Assembly (NCBI RefSeq): GCF_035084215.1
Contig: NW_027138407.1
Span: 310,001-374,000, forward strand
DNA from: Heptranchias perlo
Taxonomy: Eukaryota
Reading direction: 5' to 3'
Length of the DNA: 64,000 nt
Position 1 is the stretch's first letter. Each line of letters opens with the position of its first letter. This document shows, piece by piece, positions 25,101 to 38,214 of this stretch. A model generated the notes under the pieces. The model worked only from the letters and a program-made list of their open reading frames with translations, was not told where the DNA came from and did no database searches. Both the position numbers and the translations under genes were made by a program.

Positions 25101-28100
25101 CTGCGGTTGGGAGGACTCAGGCAGCACCCCCTGTGGTTGGGAGGACTCAGGCAGCGCCCCCTGTGGTTGGGAGGACCCACTCAGCGCCCCCTGCGACTGG
25201 GAAGACTCCAGCTTCGCCCGATGTGGTTGGGAGGACTCATGATGGGAGGACTCAGGCAGTGCCCCCTGCGGTTTGGAGGATTCAGCCAGACCCACACCCC
25301 CACTGTGGTTGGGAGTACACAGGCAGCGCCCCCCAGCGGTCGGGAGGACTCGGACAGCGCCCCCTGCGGTCGGGGGGACTCGGGCAGCGCCCCCTGCGGT
25401 CGGGGGGACTCGGGCAGCGCCCCCTGCGGTCGGGAGGACTCGGGCAGCGCCCCCTGCGGTCGGGAGGACTCGGGCAGCGCCCCCTGCGGTCGGGAGGACT
25501 CGGGCAGCGCCCCCTGCGGTCGGGAGGACTCGGGCAGCGCCCCCTGCGGTCGGGAGGACTCGGGCAGCGCCCCCTGCGGTCGGGAGGACTCAGGCAGCGC
25601 CCCCTGCGGTTGGGAGGACACAGGCAGCACCCCCTGCGGTTGGGAGAACTCAGGCAGCGCCCCCTTTGTTTGGAAGGATCCAGGCAGCGCCCCCTGCGAC
25701 TGGGAAGACTCCAGTCCAGCCTCCTGCAGTTGGGAGGACTCAGACACCGACCCTCCCCCCGACCACGTTTGGGAGCTCAGGCAGCGCCCCCTGCGGTTGG
25801 CAGGACTCCAGCAGCGCCCCCTGTGGTTGGGAGGACTCAGGTAGCGTTTTCCCCCCACCCCCCACACCTTGCAGTTGGAAGGACTCCTGCTGCACCCCCT
25901 GTGGTTGGGAGGACTCAGGCAGCACCGCCTTGCAGTTGGAAGGACTCCTGCTGCGCCCCCTGCGGTTGGGAGGACTCCAGCAGCGCCCCCTGCGGTTGGG
26001 AGGACTCCAGCAGCGCCCCCTGCGGTTGGGAGGACTCCAGCAGCGCCCCCTGCGGTTGGGAGGACTCAGGCAGCGCCCTCTGCGGTTGGGAGGACTCAGG
26101 TAGCGTTTCCCCCCCGCCCCCCACCGCAGTTGGGAGCTCAGGCAGCGCCCCTGCCCCTGCATTGGGAGGACCCAGGCACCGACCCCATCCCCCCACTGCG
26201 GTTGAGAGGACTCCAGCAGTGACCCCAAGACTGCAGTTGGGAGGACTCAGGCAGCGCCCCCTGTGGATGGGAGGACTCAGCCAAACCCATCCCCTCACTG
26301 TGGTTGGGAGTACTCAGGCAGCACCCCCTGTGGTTGGGAGGACCCACTCAGCGCCCCCTGCGACTGGGAAGACTCCAGCCTCGCCCCGTGTGGTTGGGAG
26401 GACTCAGGCGGCGCCCCCTGCGGTTGGGAGGAGTCAGGCAACGCCCACACCTGCGGTTGGGAGGACTCAGGCAGCGCCCCCTGCGGTTGGGAGGAGTCAG
26501 GCAACGCCCACACCTGCGGTTGGGAGGACTCAGGCAGTGCCCCCTGCAGTTGGGAGGACTCAGGCAGCACCCCCTGCGGTTGGGAGGACTCAGGCAGCGC
26601 CCCCTGCGGTTGGGAGGACTCAGGCAGCGCCCCCTGCGGTTGGGAGGAGTCAGGCAACGCCCACACCTGCGGTTGGGAGGACTCAGGCAGTGCCCCCTGC
26701 AGTTGGGAGGACTCAGGCAGCGCCCCCTGCGGTTGGGAGGACTCAGGCAGCGCCCCCTGCGGTTGGGAGGACTCAGGCAGCGCCACCTGCGGTTGGGAGG
26801 ACTCAGGCAGCGCCCCCTGCGGTTGGGAGGACTCAGGCAGCGCCCCCTGCGGTTGGGAGGAGTCAGGCAACGCCCACACCTGCGGTTGGGAGGACTCAGG
26901 CAGCGCCCCCTGCGGTTGGGAGGACTCAGGCAGCGCCCCCTGCGGTTGGGAGGACTCAGGCAGCGCCCCCTGCGGTTGGGAGGACTCAGGCGGCGCCCCC
27001 TGCGGTTGGGAGGACTCAGGCGGCGCCCCCTGCGGTTGGGAGGACTCAGGCGGCGCCCCCTGCGGTTGGGAGGACTCAGGCAACGCCCACACCTGCGGTT
27101 GGGAGGACTCAGGCAGCGCCCCCTGCGGTTGGGAGGACTCAGGCTGCGCCCCCTGCGGTTGGGAGGACTCAGGCAGCGCCCCCTGCGGTTGTGAGGACTC
27201 AGGCAGCGCCACCTGTGGTTGGGAGGACTCAGGCAGCGCCACCTGTGGTTGGGAGGACTCAGGCAGCGCCACCTGCGGTTGGGAGGACTCAGGCAGCGAG
27301 CACCCCCTGCGGTTGGGAGGACTCAGGCAGCGCCCCCTGCGGTTGGGAGGACTCAGGCAGCGCCCCCTGCGGTTGGGAGCACTCAGGCAGCGCCCCCTGC
27401 GGTTGGGAGCACTCAGGCAGCGCCCCCTGCGGTTGGGAGGACTCAGGCAGCGCCCCCTGCGGTTGGGAGGACTCAGGCAGCGCACCCCTCCTGCTGCGGT
27501 TGAGAGGACTCCAGCAGTGACCCCAAGACTGCAGTTGGGAGGACTCAGGCAGCGCCCCCTGTGGATGGGAGGACTCAGCCAAACCCATCCCCTCACTGTG
27601 GTTGGGAGTACTCAGGCAGCGCCTCCTGTGGTTGGGAGGACCCACTCAGCGCCCCCTGCGACTGGGAAGACTCCAGCCTCGCCCCGTGTGGTTGGGAGGA
27701 CTCAGGCAGCGCCCCCTGCCGTTGGGAGGACTCAGGCAGCGCCACCTGTGGTTGGGAGGACTCAGGTAGCGTTTCACCCCACCCACCACCCCTGCGGTCG
27801 GGAGGACTCGGGCAGCGCCCCCTGCGGTCAGGAGGACTCCATGCAGCGCCCCCCCCCCGGCAGTTGGGAGGACTCAGGCAGTGCCCCCTGCGGTTGGGAG
27901 GACTCAGGCAGCACCCCCTGTGGTTGGGAGGACTCAGGCAGCGCCCCCTGTGGTTGGGAGGACCCACTCAGCGCCCCCTGCGACTGGGAAGACTCCAGCT
28001 TCGCCCGATGTGGTTGGGAGGACCCCCCCTGCGGTTTGGAGGACTCAGGCAGCGCCCCCTGCGGATGGGAGGATTCAGCCAGACCCACACCCCCACTGTG

Positions 28101-31100
28101 GTTGGGAGTACACAGGCAGCGCCCCCCAGCGGTCGGGAGGACTCGGACAGCGCCCCCTGCGGTCGGGGGGACTCGGGCAGCGCCCCCTGCGGTCGGGGGG
28201 ACTCGGGCAGCGCCCCCTGCGGTCGGGAGGACTCGGGCAGCGCCCCCTGCGGTCGGGAGGACTCGGGCAGCGCCCCCTGCGGTCGGGAGGACTCGGGCAG
28301 CGCCCCCTGCGTTTGGGAGGACTCAGGCAGCGCCCGCTGCGGTTGGGAGGACACAGGCAGCACCCCCTGCAGTTGGGAGAACTCAGGCAGCGCCCCCTTT
28401 GTTTGGAAGGATCCAGGCAGCGCCCCCTGCGACTGGGAAGACTCCAGTCCAGCCTCCTGCAGTTGGGAGGACTCAGACACCGACCCTCCCCCCGACCATG
28501 TTTGGGAGCTCAGGCAGCGCCCCCTGCGGTTGGCAGGACTCCAGCAGCGCCCCCTGTGGTTGGGAGGACTCAGGTAGCGTTTTCCCCCCACCCCCCACAC
28601 CTTGCAGTTGGAAGGACTCCTGCTGCACCCCCTGTGGTTGGGAGGACTCAGGCAGCACCGCCTTGCAGTTGGAAGGACTCCTGCTGCGCCCCCTGCGGTT
28701 GGGAGGACTCCAGCAGCGCCCCCTGCGGTTGGGAGGACTCCAGCAGCGCCCCCTGCGGTTGGGAGGACTCAGGCAGCGCCCTCTGCGGTTGGGAGGACTC
28801 AGGTAGCGTTTCCCCCCCGCCCCCCACCGCAGTTGGGAGCTCAGGCAGCGCCCCTGCCCCTGCATTGGGAGGACCCAGGCACCGACCCCATCCCCCCACT
28901 GCGGTTGAGAGGACTCCAGCAGTGACCCCAAGACTGCAGTTGGGAGGACTCAGGCAGCGCCCCCTGTGGATGGGAGGACTCAGCCAAATCCATCCCCTCA
29001 CTGTGGTTGGGAGTACTCAGGCAGCACCCCCTGTGGTTGGGAGGACCCACTCAGCGCCCCCTGCGACTGGGAAGACTCCAGCCTCGCCCCGTGTGGTTGG
29101 GAGGACTCAGGCAGCGCCCCCTGCGGTTGGGAGGACTCAGGCAGCGCTGCCTTGCCGTTGGGAGGACTCAGGCAGCGAGCACCCACTGCGGTTGGGAGGA
29201 CTCAGGCAGCGCCCCCTGCGGTTGGGAGGACTCAGGCAGCGCCCCCTGCGGTTGGGAGGAGTCAGGCAACGCCCACACCTGCAGTTGGGAGGACTCAGGC
29301 AGCGCCCCCTGCGGTTGGGAGGAGTCAGGCAACGCCCACACCTGCGGTTGGGAGGACTCAGGCAGCGCCCCCTGCGGTTGGGAGGAGTCAGGCAACGCCC
29401 ACACCTGCGGTTGGGAGGACTCAGGCAGCGCCCCCTGCGGTTGGGAGGAGTCAGGCAACGCCCACACCTGCGGTTGGGAGGACTCAGGCAATGCCCCCTG
29501 CAGTTGGGAGGACTCAGGCAGCGCCCCCTGCGGTTGGGAGGACTCAGGCAGCGCCCCCTGCGGTTGGGAGGACTCAGGCAGCGCCCCCTGCGGTTGGGAG
29601 GAGTCAGGCAACGCCCACACCTGCGGTTGGGAGGACTCAGGCAGTGCCCCCTGCAGTTGGGAGGACTCAGGCAGCGCCCCCTGCGGTTGGGAGGACTCAG
29701 GCAGCGCCCCCTGCGGTTGGGAGGACTCAGGCAGCGCCCCCTGCGGTTGGGAGGACTCAGGCAGCGCCACCTGCGGTTGGGAGGACTCAGGCAGCGCCCC
29801 CTGCGGTTGGGAGGATTCAGGCAGCGCCCCCTGCGGTTGGGAGGACTCAGGCAACGCCCACACCTGCGGTTGGGAGGACTCAGGCAGCGCCCCCTGCGGT
29901 TGGGAGGACTCAGGCAGCGCCCCCTGCGGTTGGGAGGACTCAGGCGGCGCCCCCTGCGGTTGGGAGGACTCAGGCGGCGCCCCCTGCGGTTGGGAGGACT
30001 CAGGCGGCGCCCCCTGCGGTTGGGAGGACTCAGGCGGCGCCCCCTGCGGTTGGGAGGACTCAGGCGGCGCCCCCTGCGGTTGGGAGGAGTCAGGCAACGC
30101 CCACACCTGCGGTTGGGAGGACTCAGGCAGCGCCCCCTGCGGTTGGGAGGAGTCAGGCAACGCCCACACCTGCGGTTGGGAGGACTCAGGCAGTGCCCCC
30201 TGCAGTTGGGAGGACTCAGGCAGCGCCCCCTGCGGTTGGGAGGACTCAGGCAGCGCCCCCTGCGGTTGGGAGGACTCAGGCAGCGCCCCCTGCGGTTGGG
30301 AGGAGTCAGGCAACGCCCACACCTGCGGTTGGGAGGACTCAGGCAGTGCCCCCTGCGGTTGGGAGGACTCAGGCGGCGCCCCCTGCGGTTGGGAGGACTC
30401 AGGCGGCGCCCCCTGCGGTTGGGAGGACTCAGGCGGCGCCCCCTGCGGTTGGGAGGACTCAGGCAACGCCCACACCTGCGGTTGGGAGGACTCAGGCAGC
30501 GCCCCCTGCGGTTGGGAGGACTCAGGCAGCGCCCCCTGCGGTTGGGAGGACTCAGGCAGCGCCCCCTGCGGTCGGGAGGACTCAGGCAGCGCCCCCTGCG
30601 GTCGTGAGGACTCAGGCAGCGCCACCTGTGGTTGGGAGGACTCAGGCAGCGCCACCTGTGGTTGGGAGGACTCAGGCAGCGCCACCTGCGGTTGGGAGGA
30701 CTCAGGCAGCGAGCACCCCCTGCGGTTGGGAGGACTCAGGCAGCGCCCCCTGCGGTTGGGAGGACTCAGGCAGCGCCCCATGCGGTTGGGAGCACTCAGG
30801 CAGCGCCCCCTGCGGTTGGGAGCACTCAGGCAGCGCCCCCTGCGGTTGGGAGGACTCAGGCAGCGCCCCCTGCGGTTGGGAGGACTCAGGCAGCGCACCC
30901 CTCCTGCTGCGGTTGAGAGGACTCCAGCAGTGACCCCAAGACTGCAGTTGGGAGGACTCAGGCAGCGCCCCCTGTGGATGGGAGGACTCAGCCAAACCCA
31001 TCCCCTCACTGTGGTTGGGAGTACTCAGGCAGCGCCTCCTGTGGTTGGGAGGACCCACTCAGCGCCCCCTGCGACTGGGAAGACTCCAGCCTCGCCCCGT

Positions 31101-32975
31101 GTGGTTGGGAGGACTCAGGCAGCGCCCCCTGCCGTTGGGAGGACTCAGGCAGCGCCACCTGTGGTTGGGAGGACTCAGGTAGCGTTTCACCCCACCCACC
31201 ACCCCTGCGGTCGGGAGGACTCGGGCAGCGCCCCCTGCGGTCAGGAGGACTCCATGCAGCGCCCCCCCCCCCCGGCAGTTGGGAGGACTCAGGCAGTGCC
31301 CCCTGCAGTTGGGAGGACTCAGGCAGCACCCCCTGTGGTTGGGAGGACTCAGGCAGCGCCCCCTGTGGTTGGGAGGACCCACTCAGCGCCCCCTGCGACT
31401 GGGAAGTCTCCAGCTTCGCCCGATGTGGTTGGGAGGACTCATGATGGGAGGACTCAGGCAGTGCCCCCTGCGGTTTGGAGGACTCAGGCAGCGCCCCCTG
31501 CGGATGGGAGGATTCAGCCAGGCCCACACCCCCACTGTGGTTGGGAGTACACAGGCAGCGCCCCCCAGCGGTCGGGAGGACTCGGACAGCGCCCCCTGCG
31601 GTCGGGGGGACTCGGGCAGCGCCCCCTGCGGTCGGGGGGACTCGGGCAGCGCCCCCTGCGGTCGGGAGGACTCGGGCAGCGCCCCCTGCGGTCGGGAGGA
31701 CTCGGGCAGCGCCCCCTGCGGTCGGGAGGACTCGGGCAGCGCCCCCTGCGGTCGGGAGGACTCGGGCAGCGCCCCCTGCGTTTGGGAGGACTCGGGCAGC
31801 GCCCCCTGCGGTTGGGAGGACACAGGCAGCGCCCCCTGCGGTTGGGAGAACTCAGGCAGCGCCCCCTTTGTTTGGAAGGATCCAGGCAGCGCCCCCTGCG
31901 ACTGGGAAGACTCCAGTCCAGCCTCCTGCAGTTGGGAGGACTCAGACACCGACCCTCCCCCCGACCACGTTTGGGAGCTCAGGCAGCGCCCCCTGCGGTT
32001 GGCAGGACTCCAGCAGCGCCCCCTGTGGTTGGGAGGACTCAGGTAGCGTTTTCCCCCCACCCCCCACACCTTGCAGTTGGAAGGACTCCTGCTGCACCCC
32101 CTGTGGTTGGGAGGACTCAGGCAGCACCGCCTTGCAGTTGGAAGGACTCCTGCTGCGCCCCCTGCGGTTGGGAGGACTCCAGCAGCGCCCCCTGCGGTTG
32201 GGAGGACTCCAGCAGCGCCCCCTGCGGTTGGGAGGACTCAGGCAGCGCCCTCTGCGGTTGGGAGGACTCAGGTAGCGTTTCCCCCCCGCCCCCCACCGCA
32301 GTTGGGAGCTCAGGCAGCGCCCCTGCCCCTGCATTGGGAGGACCCAGGCACCGACCCCATCCCCCCACTGCGGTTGTGAGCTCAGGCAGTGCCCCCTTCA
32401 GTTGGGAGTACTCGGGCAGCGCCGACTGTGGTTGGGAGGACTCAGGCAGCGCCGCCTTGCTGTAGGGAGGACTCAGGCAGCGCCGACTGTGGTTGGGAGT
32501 ACTCGGGCAGCGCCGACTGTGGTTGGGAGGACTCAGGCAGCGCCGACTGTGGTTGGGAGGACTCAGGCAGCGCCGACTGTGGTTGGGAGGACTCAGGCAG
32601 CGCCCCCTGCGGTTGGGAGGACTCCAGCAGCGCCCCCTGCGGTTGGGAGGACTACAGCAGAGCCCCCTGTGGTTGGGAGGACCGAGGCAGCGCCAGGTGC
32701 AGTTGGGAGGACTCAGGCAGCGCCCCCTGCGGTTGGGAGGACTCAGTCAGCGTCCCCCCATGGACGGGAGGTCCGAGGCAGCGCCCCCCTGTAATTGGGA
32801 GGACCGAGGCAGCGCCCCCTGTAATTGGGAGGACCGAGGCAGCGCCCCCCTGTAATTGGGAGGACCGAGGCAGCGCCCCCTGTAATTGGGAGGACCGAGG
32901 CAGCGCCCCCTGTAATTGGGAGGACCGAGGCAGCGCCCCCTGTAATTGGGAGGACCGAGGCAGCGCCCCCTGCAG
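22110..32975. repeat. ~10.8 kb GC-rich minisatellite, 30-bp unit GCGGTTGGGAGGACTCAGGCAGCGCCCCCT, with higher-order blocks
   Basis: About 350 tandem units; 32-bp variant units; diagnostic variant blocks recur. Confidence 0.98.
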
Positions 32976-33004
32976 CTGACTCCCAACATGATCGATTTTG
33001 CTCT

Positions 33005-33720
33005 AAAGCAAAATACCGCGGATGCTGAAATCTTCAGTATTATCGCTGCGGATGCTGAAATCTGCAGTATTATCGCTGCGGATGCTGAAATCTGCAGTAT
33101 TACTCGCTGCGGATGCTGAAATCTGCAGTATTATCGCTGCGGATGCTGAAATCAGCAGTATTACTCACTGCTCACAATGCGGTCCCCTCTACATTTACTG
33201 AGCTTCTCCGCTCAGACTGCCACCGTGACCCTGACCTGCCGGCCGCTTGCCATTTTAACTCCCCGTCCCACTCCCACTCTGACCTCTCTGTCCACGTCCT
33301 CTTACACTGTTCCAATGAAGCTCAAAGCAAGCTCGAGGAACAGCAACCTCGTCTCTCGTTCAGGCATTTCGCAACCTTCCGGACTCAACGTTGATTTCAA
33401 TAACTCCAGATCATAACCACTGCTCCCAATGGTTCTACTGCTGCCATTTACAACTCCTCTGGACCCATCTTTTGTTTCTCTACTTGTCCCATTCCCGCCC
33501 TCCTCGCCTCGCACCATCACCCCTCTTGTCATTTAATCGCCCCCTGCCCTCCAGACCTTCCCTTTCGTTCTTTCTCCTCCCCCCCCCCCACCCCCTCCCT
33601 GGCTCTGTCCTTGCTTAAAAACCGTTCCACCTTCGACTTCTCCCAGTTCAGACCTGAAACGTTGACTCTCTGCCTTTCTCCACAGATGCTGCCCGACTGG
33701 CTGAGTGCTTCCAACAATCC
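33005..33720 (+). mobile_element. Penelope-like element fragment (GIY-YIG C-terminal end and terminal repeat), with a short ~30-bp tandem at its start
   Basis: HFNSPSHSHSDLSV..LHCSNEAQSKLEEQ..QPSGLNVDFNN peptide, typical of the fish Penelope endonuclease C-terminus. Confidence 0.7.
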
Positions 33721-33894
33721 CCCGATCTATTCAGATGGTGCCCAGGCATTGGACGCCGGTCCAGTGAAGGGCGGCCAAGCTCTCAGCTGGCTCAAAGCAA
33801 CGGGGAGGTTTGTGGATTTTTAACTCTGGAGGAGAGCGGGCTCAGGGGAGATTATTCAAGATCCATAAGGAAATGGATAAATCGGACACCGGTA

Positions 33895-34720
33895 ATACAT
33901 TTCCTCCAACCAAATATTGGGAAGACCGAAGCCATTGTCTTCGATCCCCACCACAAACTCCGTTCCCTCGCCACCGACTCCATCCCTCTCCCCGGCCGCA
34001 CTGTCCGAGGCTGGACCAGACCGTTCGCAACCTCGGCGTCCCCTTTGACCCTGAGATGAGCTTCTGACCCCATCTCCGCTCCGTCACCGAGACCGCCCAC
34101 TTCCACCTCCGTAACATCGCCCGTCTCCGCCCTCCCTGCCTCAGCTCATCTGCTGCTGAAACCCTCACCCGTGCCTTTGTTACCTCCAGACTGGACTATC
34201 CCAACGCTCTCCTGGCCGGCCTCCCGTCTCCCACCCTCCGTAAACTCCAGCTCATCCAAAACTCTGCTCCCCGCCCCCGTATCCTAACTCGCGCCGAGTC
34301 CCGTTCACCCAACACCCCCTGCGCTCGCTGGACCGACATTGGCTCCAGGACTGGGAACGCCTCGAGTTTAAAATTCTCATCCTCATGTTCCCTCTGTGAC
34401 CCTCGCCCACTCCCTATCTCTGTAACCTCCTCCAGCCCCTACGACCCTCCGAGGTCTCTGCGTTCCTCCAATTCTGGCCTCTTGCGCACCCCCCCCCCGA
34501 TTTTAATCGCTCCACCATTGGCGGCCGTGCCTTCAGCTGCCCGGGGCTCTAAGCTCTGGAATTCCCTCCCTAAACCTCTCCGCCTCTCTCTCCCCTCCTT
34601 TAAGACCCTCCTTAAAACCTACCTCTTTGACCGAGCTTTTGGTCGCCTGTCCTAATATCTCCTCGTGTGGCTCGGTGTCAAATTTTGTCACATGAAGCGC
34701 CTTGGGGAGGTTTTACAACA
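33895..34720 (+). mobile_element. L2-clade LINE 3' fragment
   Basis: Homologous to the 10.3-11.1 kb copy: VRNLGVPFDPEMSF, AFVTSRLDY, QNSA. Confidence 0.85.
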
Positions 34721-35143
34721 TTAATGGCGGTTGTACCATCGTCTTGGTGGGACTTCAGCTTGCCGCGCAGAAGCTCCCCGGCCTCATCCCGTCCTCCAGC
34801 CTCGTGCACCGTTGTTTAAATGTTTTTTTTTTGGCGGGCTTCCTTGAAGGAGAGACCCCTGAAGGGGGAGGGTGGGGGAGGAGTGGAGATTTTCCGCGAC
34901 AGGACTCCGAGCTCACCTCCCCGCCTAAAGACGAGACCAGCCCATTTGAGTAATGCAGATAATCCGGGCCGGTGTCTGATGGGTCAGGGGCACCATGGGT
35001 GGGCGCCAGGAGCCAGTGAAGGAGGGTAATTCTCCAGCATGGTGGTGAGGGGGGGCCACTGGGCAGTAGGTACCTGGGGGGAGCCCAATAGGAGGCACCT
35101 GGGGGGGGGGGGGAACCAGGAGTGCTACAGCTCTCAGCTCTAT

Positions 35144-37176
35144 GGGCTCGATTTTAGGAGGGAGGTGGGTTGGCAGTGGGGGGTCGACTGTGGCTAACCC
35201 GCCCAGTGAATTCGGGGAGCTCCACACGCGATCGCAGCCTAATTGAAGCCACTCACCTTGGCTTCCGGGTTTCGCGCTGGAAAGCTGCGCAGCGGGCGGA
35301 CGGCGCAGCCGCATCGTGGGCTGTCAGCTGGAGGAGCCCTATTTAAAGGGGCAGTCCTCCACTGACTGATGCTGCAGAAAGGAGCCAAAATTACAGCATG
35401 GAGCAGCCCAGGGGGAAGGCTGCTCCCAGGTTTAATGATGCCTCACTCCAGGTCCTACTGGATGGGGTGAGGAGGAGGGGGAGGAGGACAGAGATCTTCC
35501 CCCCGGCGGACAGGAGGAAGTGGCCTGCCTCTGCAACCATGAAGGCCTGGCTCGAGGTGGCAGAGGAGGTCACCAGCACCACCAACATATCGCCCACCTG
35601 CATACAGTGCAGGAGGCGCTCCAATGACCTCAGTAGGTCAGCCAAAGTGAGAACACTTACTCATTCCCCTACACTCCGTCTGCCACATCACCGCCCCCAC
35701 CCCACATCTCCTTCTGCACTGCCAACACTACTCTATCACATCACTCCTCACACCCACTCAAAGCTCATCCTCATCTCACCTGCACCTACTCACCTCGCCA
35801 GTACTCACCCCGCCACTACCACTCAACCCAATCCTCATACAATCTCATGGCTCCGTCTCATACTCACCCTCTCGTGCATCTCTTTCACGGTCAGCCTCAC
35901 TCAACCTGCCACTACCTGTGCTGCAGCCACAGGGCATGCATCACATATGTGCAGTAGGCAGCGTAAGGCAAATGTGTCGTGAGCATGAAGGGGATGCACA
36001 AGGGTGTTTGAGGGTTTGTCATGGTTTTTACTTGTATTTGATTTCTGATCAACTCACATAACATATTATATTGGCACCACTACTGCCACGTCTTCGCAAA
36101 TCTTGTCTGGTTTGTGCAATTATGCCCTTTCCTGAGGATCAGCATGAAGACCCACACCTGATGACACCCATTGTGTCACTGCAGAGTGGGTGTAGGTGTA
36201 TTTGCAGGGCTCTTTTGTGCAGACGACTGAGAGACGTTGGCGATGTTCCCATTGGCACCCTGGAAGGATGCGGAGGAGAAGTTGTTGAGGGCAGTGGTGA
36301 CTTTGACAGCGACAGGTAAGAAGATGGTGCTCGGGCCAGCCGGGAGCAGCTCGGCATGAAGGAGGCTGCAGATGTCCACGACTACATGTCGAGTGACTCT
36401 GAGCCTCCGTGTGCACTGCTGCTCAGAGAGGTCCAGGAAGCTGAGCCTCGGTCTGTAGACCCTGTGGCGAGGGTAGTGCCCTCTGCGACGCATCTCTCTC
36501 TGCGGTTGCCCTCCCTCTTGCTGTGCAGGTGGATGTGTTACAGCACCGTGTTGTGGAGCTCCACGTGTCAGAGGTGGACGGCGTGGCCGGCGAGGCTGGT
36601 GATGCTGTTCGCCCTCCGAGGAGGTCACGACTGCAGCTACGGCGGCCCCCATCCGGAAGATGTACATCTGAGGGGGTCCGCAAGGTAGGTACATGTCTCT
36701 GGACACCGGGGTAAGTGTGCAAATTGGTGAATTTGATTGTTAGGAGGAGAGTGGTGGAGGCCAAACTTTGTCCAATGTGACAGAGTGACCTCCTGCAATG
36801 AGTGATGGTCTCCCCCTCCCACCTGTCAAATGGACCTTTGCAGCTGCCACAGGCTGGTGGCTGCAACACGTCCATTTGAACTGGGAGTGTTTCCCCCAGT
36901 ACAGGAAACAGTCTCAGTTGATCTGAAAATCCCACCCCTCCTAAAATATCAGGTCAATCAGGTCTGTAAACGACCTGAAATACCTGGTTAATTACTTCAA
37001 GTGGCAGCGGGAGTCCCACATGAGGGGGCTGCGCGTGCAGGTCAGCGCGTCACTGGGGAACCCGGGAGTGGGCGGGTTGGAGCCAGGCTCACCACCCGCC
37101 CTGGGAATCCCCGATTTTCACAGCCCCTCACCCCCCGCCAGGAACGCACCTGATCGGGAGTGCGAAAATCGAGCAC
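35144..37176. mobile_element. Internally deleted PIF/Harbinger DNA transposon with convergent Myb/SANT-like gene (+, from 35398) and transposase 5' part (-, about 36176-36660)
   Basis: TIRs GGGCTCGATTTT (35144) and AAAATCGAGCAC (37165-37176); RF..ASLQVLLDGV..AWLEVAEEV..QCRRRSNDL; YRPRLSFLDLSEQQCTRRLR..LPVAVKVTTALNNFSSASFQ. Confidence 0.85.
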
Positions 37177-38195
37177 TTAGAGTTTATTTTATTATAAATT
37201 CTCTATTTAGAGTTTATTATATTATAAATTCTCAGTATTTAGAGTTTATTTTATTATAAATTCTCTATTTAGAGTTTATTATATTATAAATTCTCAGTAT
37301 TTAGAGTTTATTTTATTATAAATTCTCTATTTAGAGTTTATTATATTATAAATTCTCAGTATTTAGAGTTTATTTTATTATAAATTCTCTATTTAGAGTT
37401 TATTTTATTATAAATTCTCAGTATTTAGAGTTTATTTTATTATAAATTCTCAGTATTTAGAGTTTATTTTATTATAAATTCTCAGTATTTAGAGTTTATT
37501 TTATTATAAATTCTCAGTATTTAGAGTTTATTTTATTATAAATTCTCAGTATTTAGAGTTTATTTTATTATAAATTCACAGTATTTAGAGTTTATTTTAT
37601 TATAAATTCTCAGTATTTAGAGTTTATTTTGTTATAAATTCTCAGTATTTAGAGTTTATTTTATTATAAATTCTCAGTATTTAGAGTTTATTTTATTATA
37701 AATTCTCAGTATTTAGAGTTTATTTTATTATAAATTCTCAGTATTTAGAGTTTATTTTATTATAAATTCTCAGTATTTAGAGTTTATTTTATTATAAATT
37801 CTCAGTATTTAGAGTTTATTTTATTATAAATTCTCAGTATTTAGAGTTTATTTTATTATAAATTCTCAGTATTTAGAGTTTATTTTATTATAAATTCTCA
37901 GTATTTAGAGTTTATTATATTATAAATTCTCAGTATTTAGAGTTTATTATATTATAAATTCTCAGTATTTAGAGTTTATTTTATTATAAATTCTCAGTAT
38001 TTAGAGTTCATTTTATTATAAATTCTCAGTATTTAGAGATTATTTTATTATAAATTCTCAGTATTTAGAGTTTATTTTATTATAAATTCTCAGTATTTAG
38101 AGTTTATTTTGTTATAAATTCTCAGTATTTAGAGTTTATTTTATTATAAATTCACAGTATTTAGAGTTTATTTGATTATAAATTCTCAGTGTTTT
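37177..38195. repeat. AT-rich 32-bp tandem repeat TTTAGAGTTTATTTTATTATAAATTCTCAGTA
   Basis: About 32 near-identical copies. Confidence 0.97.
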
Positions 38196-38214
38196 TAGTT
38201 TATCTTTTTTCCAA

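Noticed and set aside
22055-32465. Very long ORFs (up to 1821 aa) on both strands
   Set aside because: Translations of a stop-poor 30-bp tandem repeat, open in several frames at once, with no domain or splice structure
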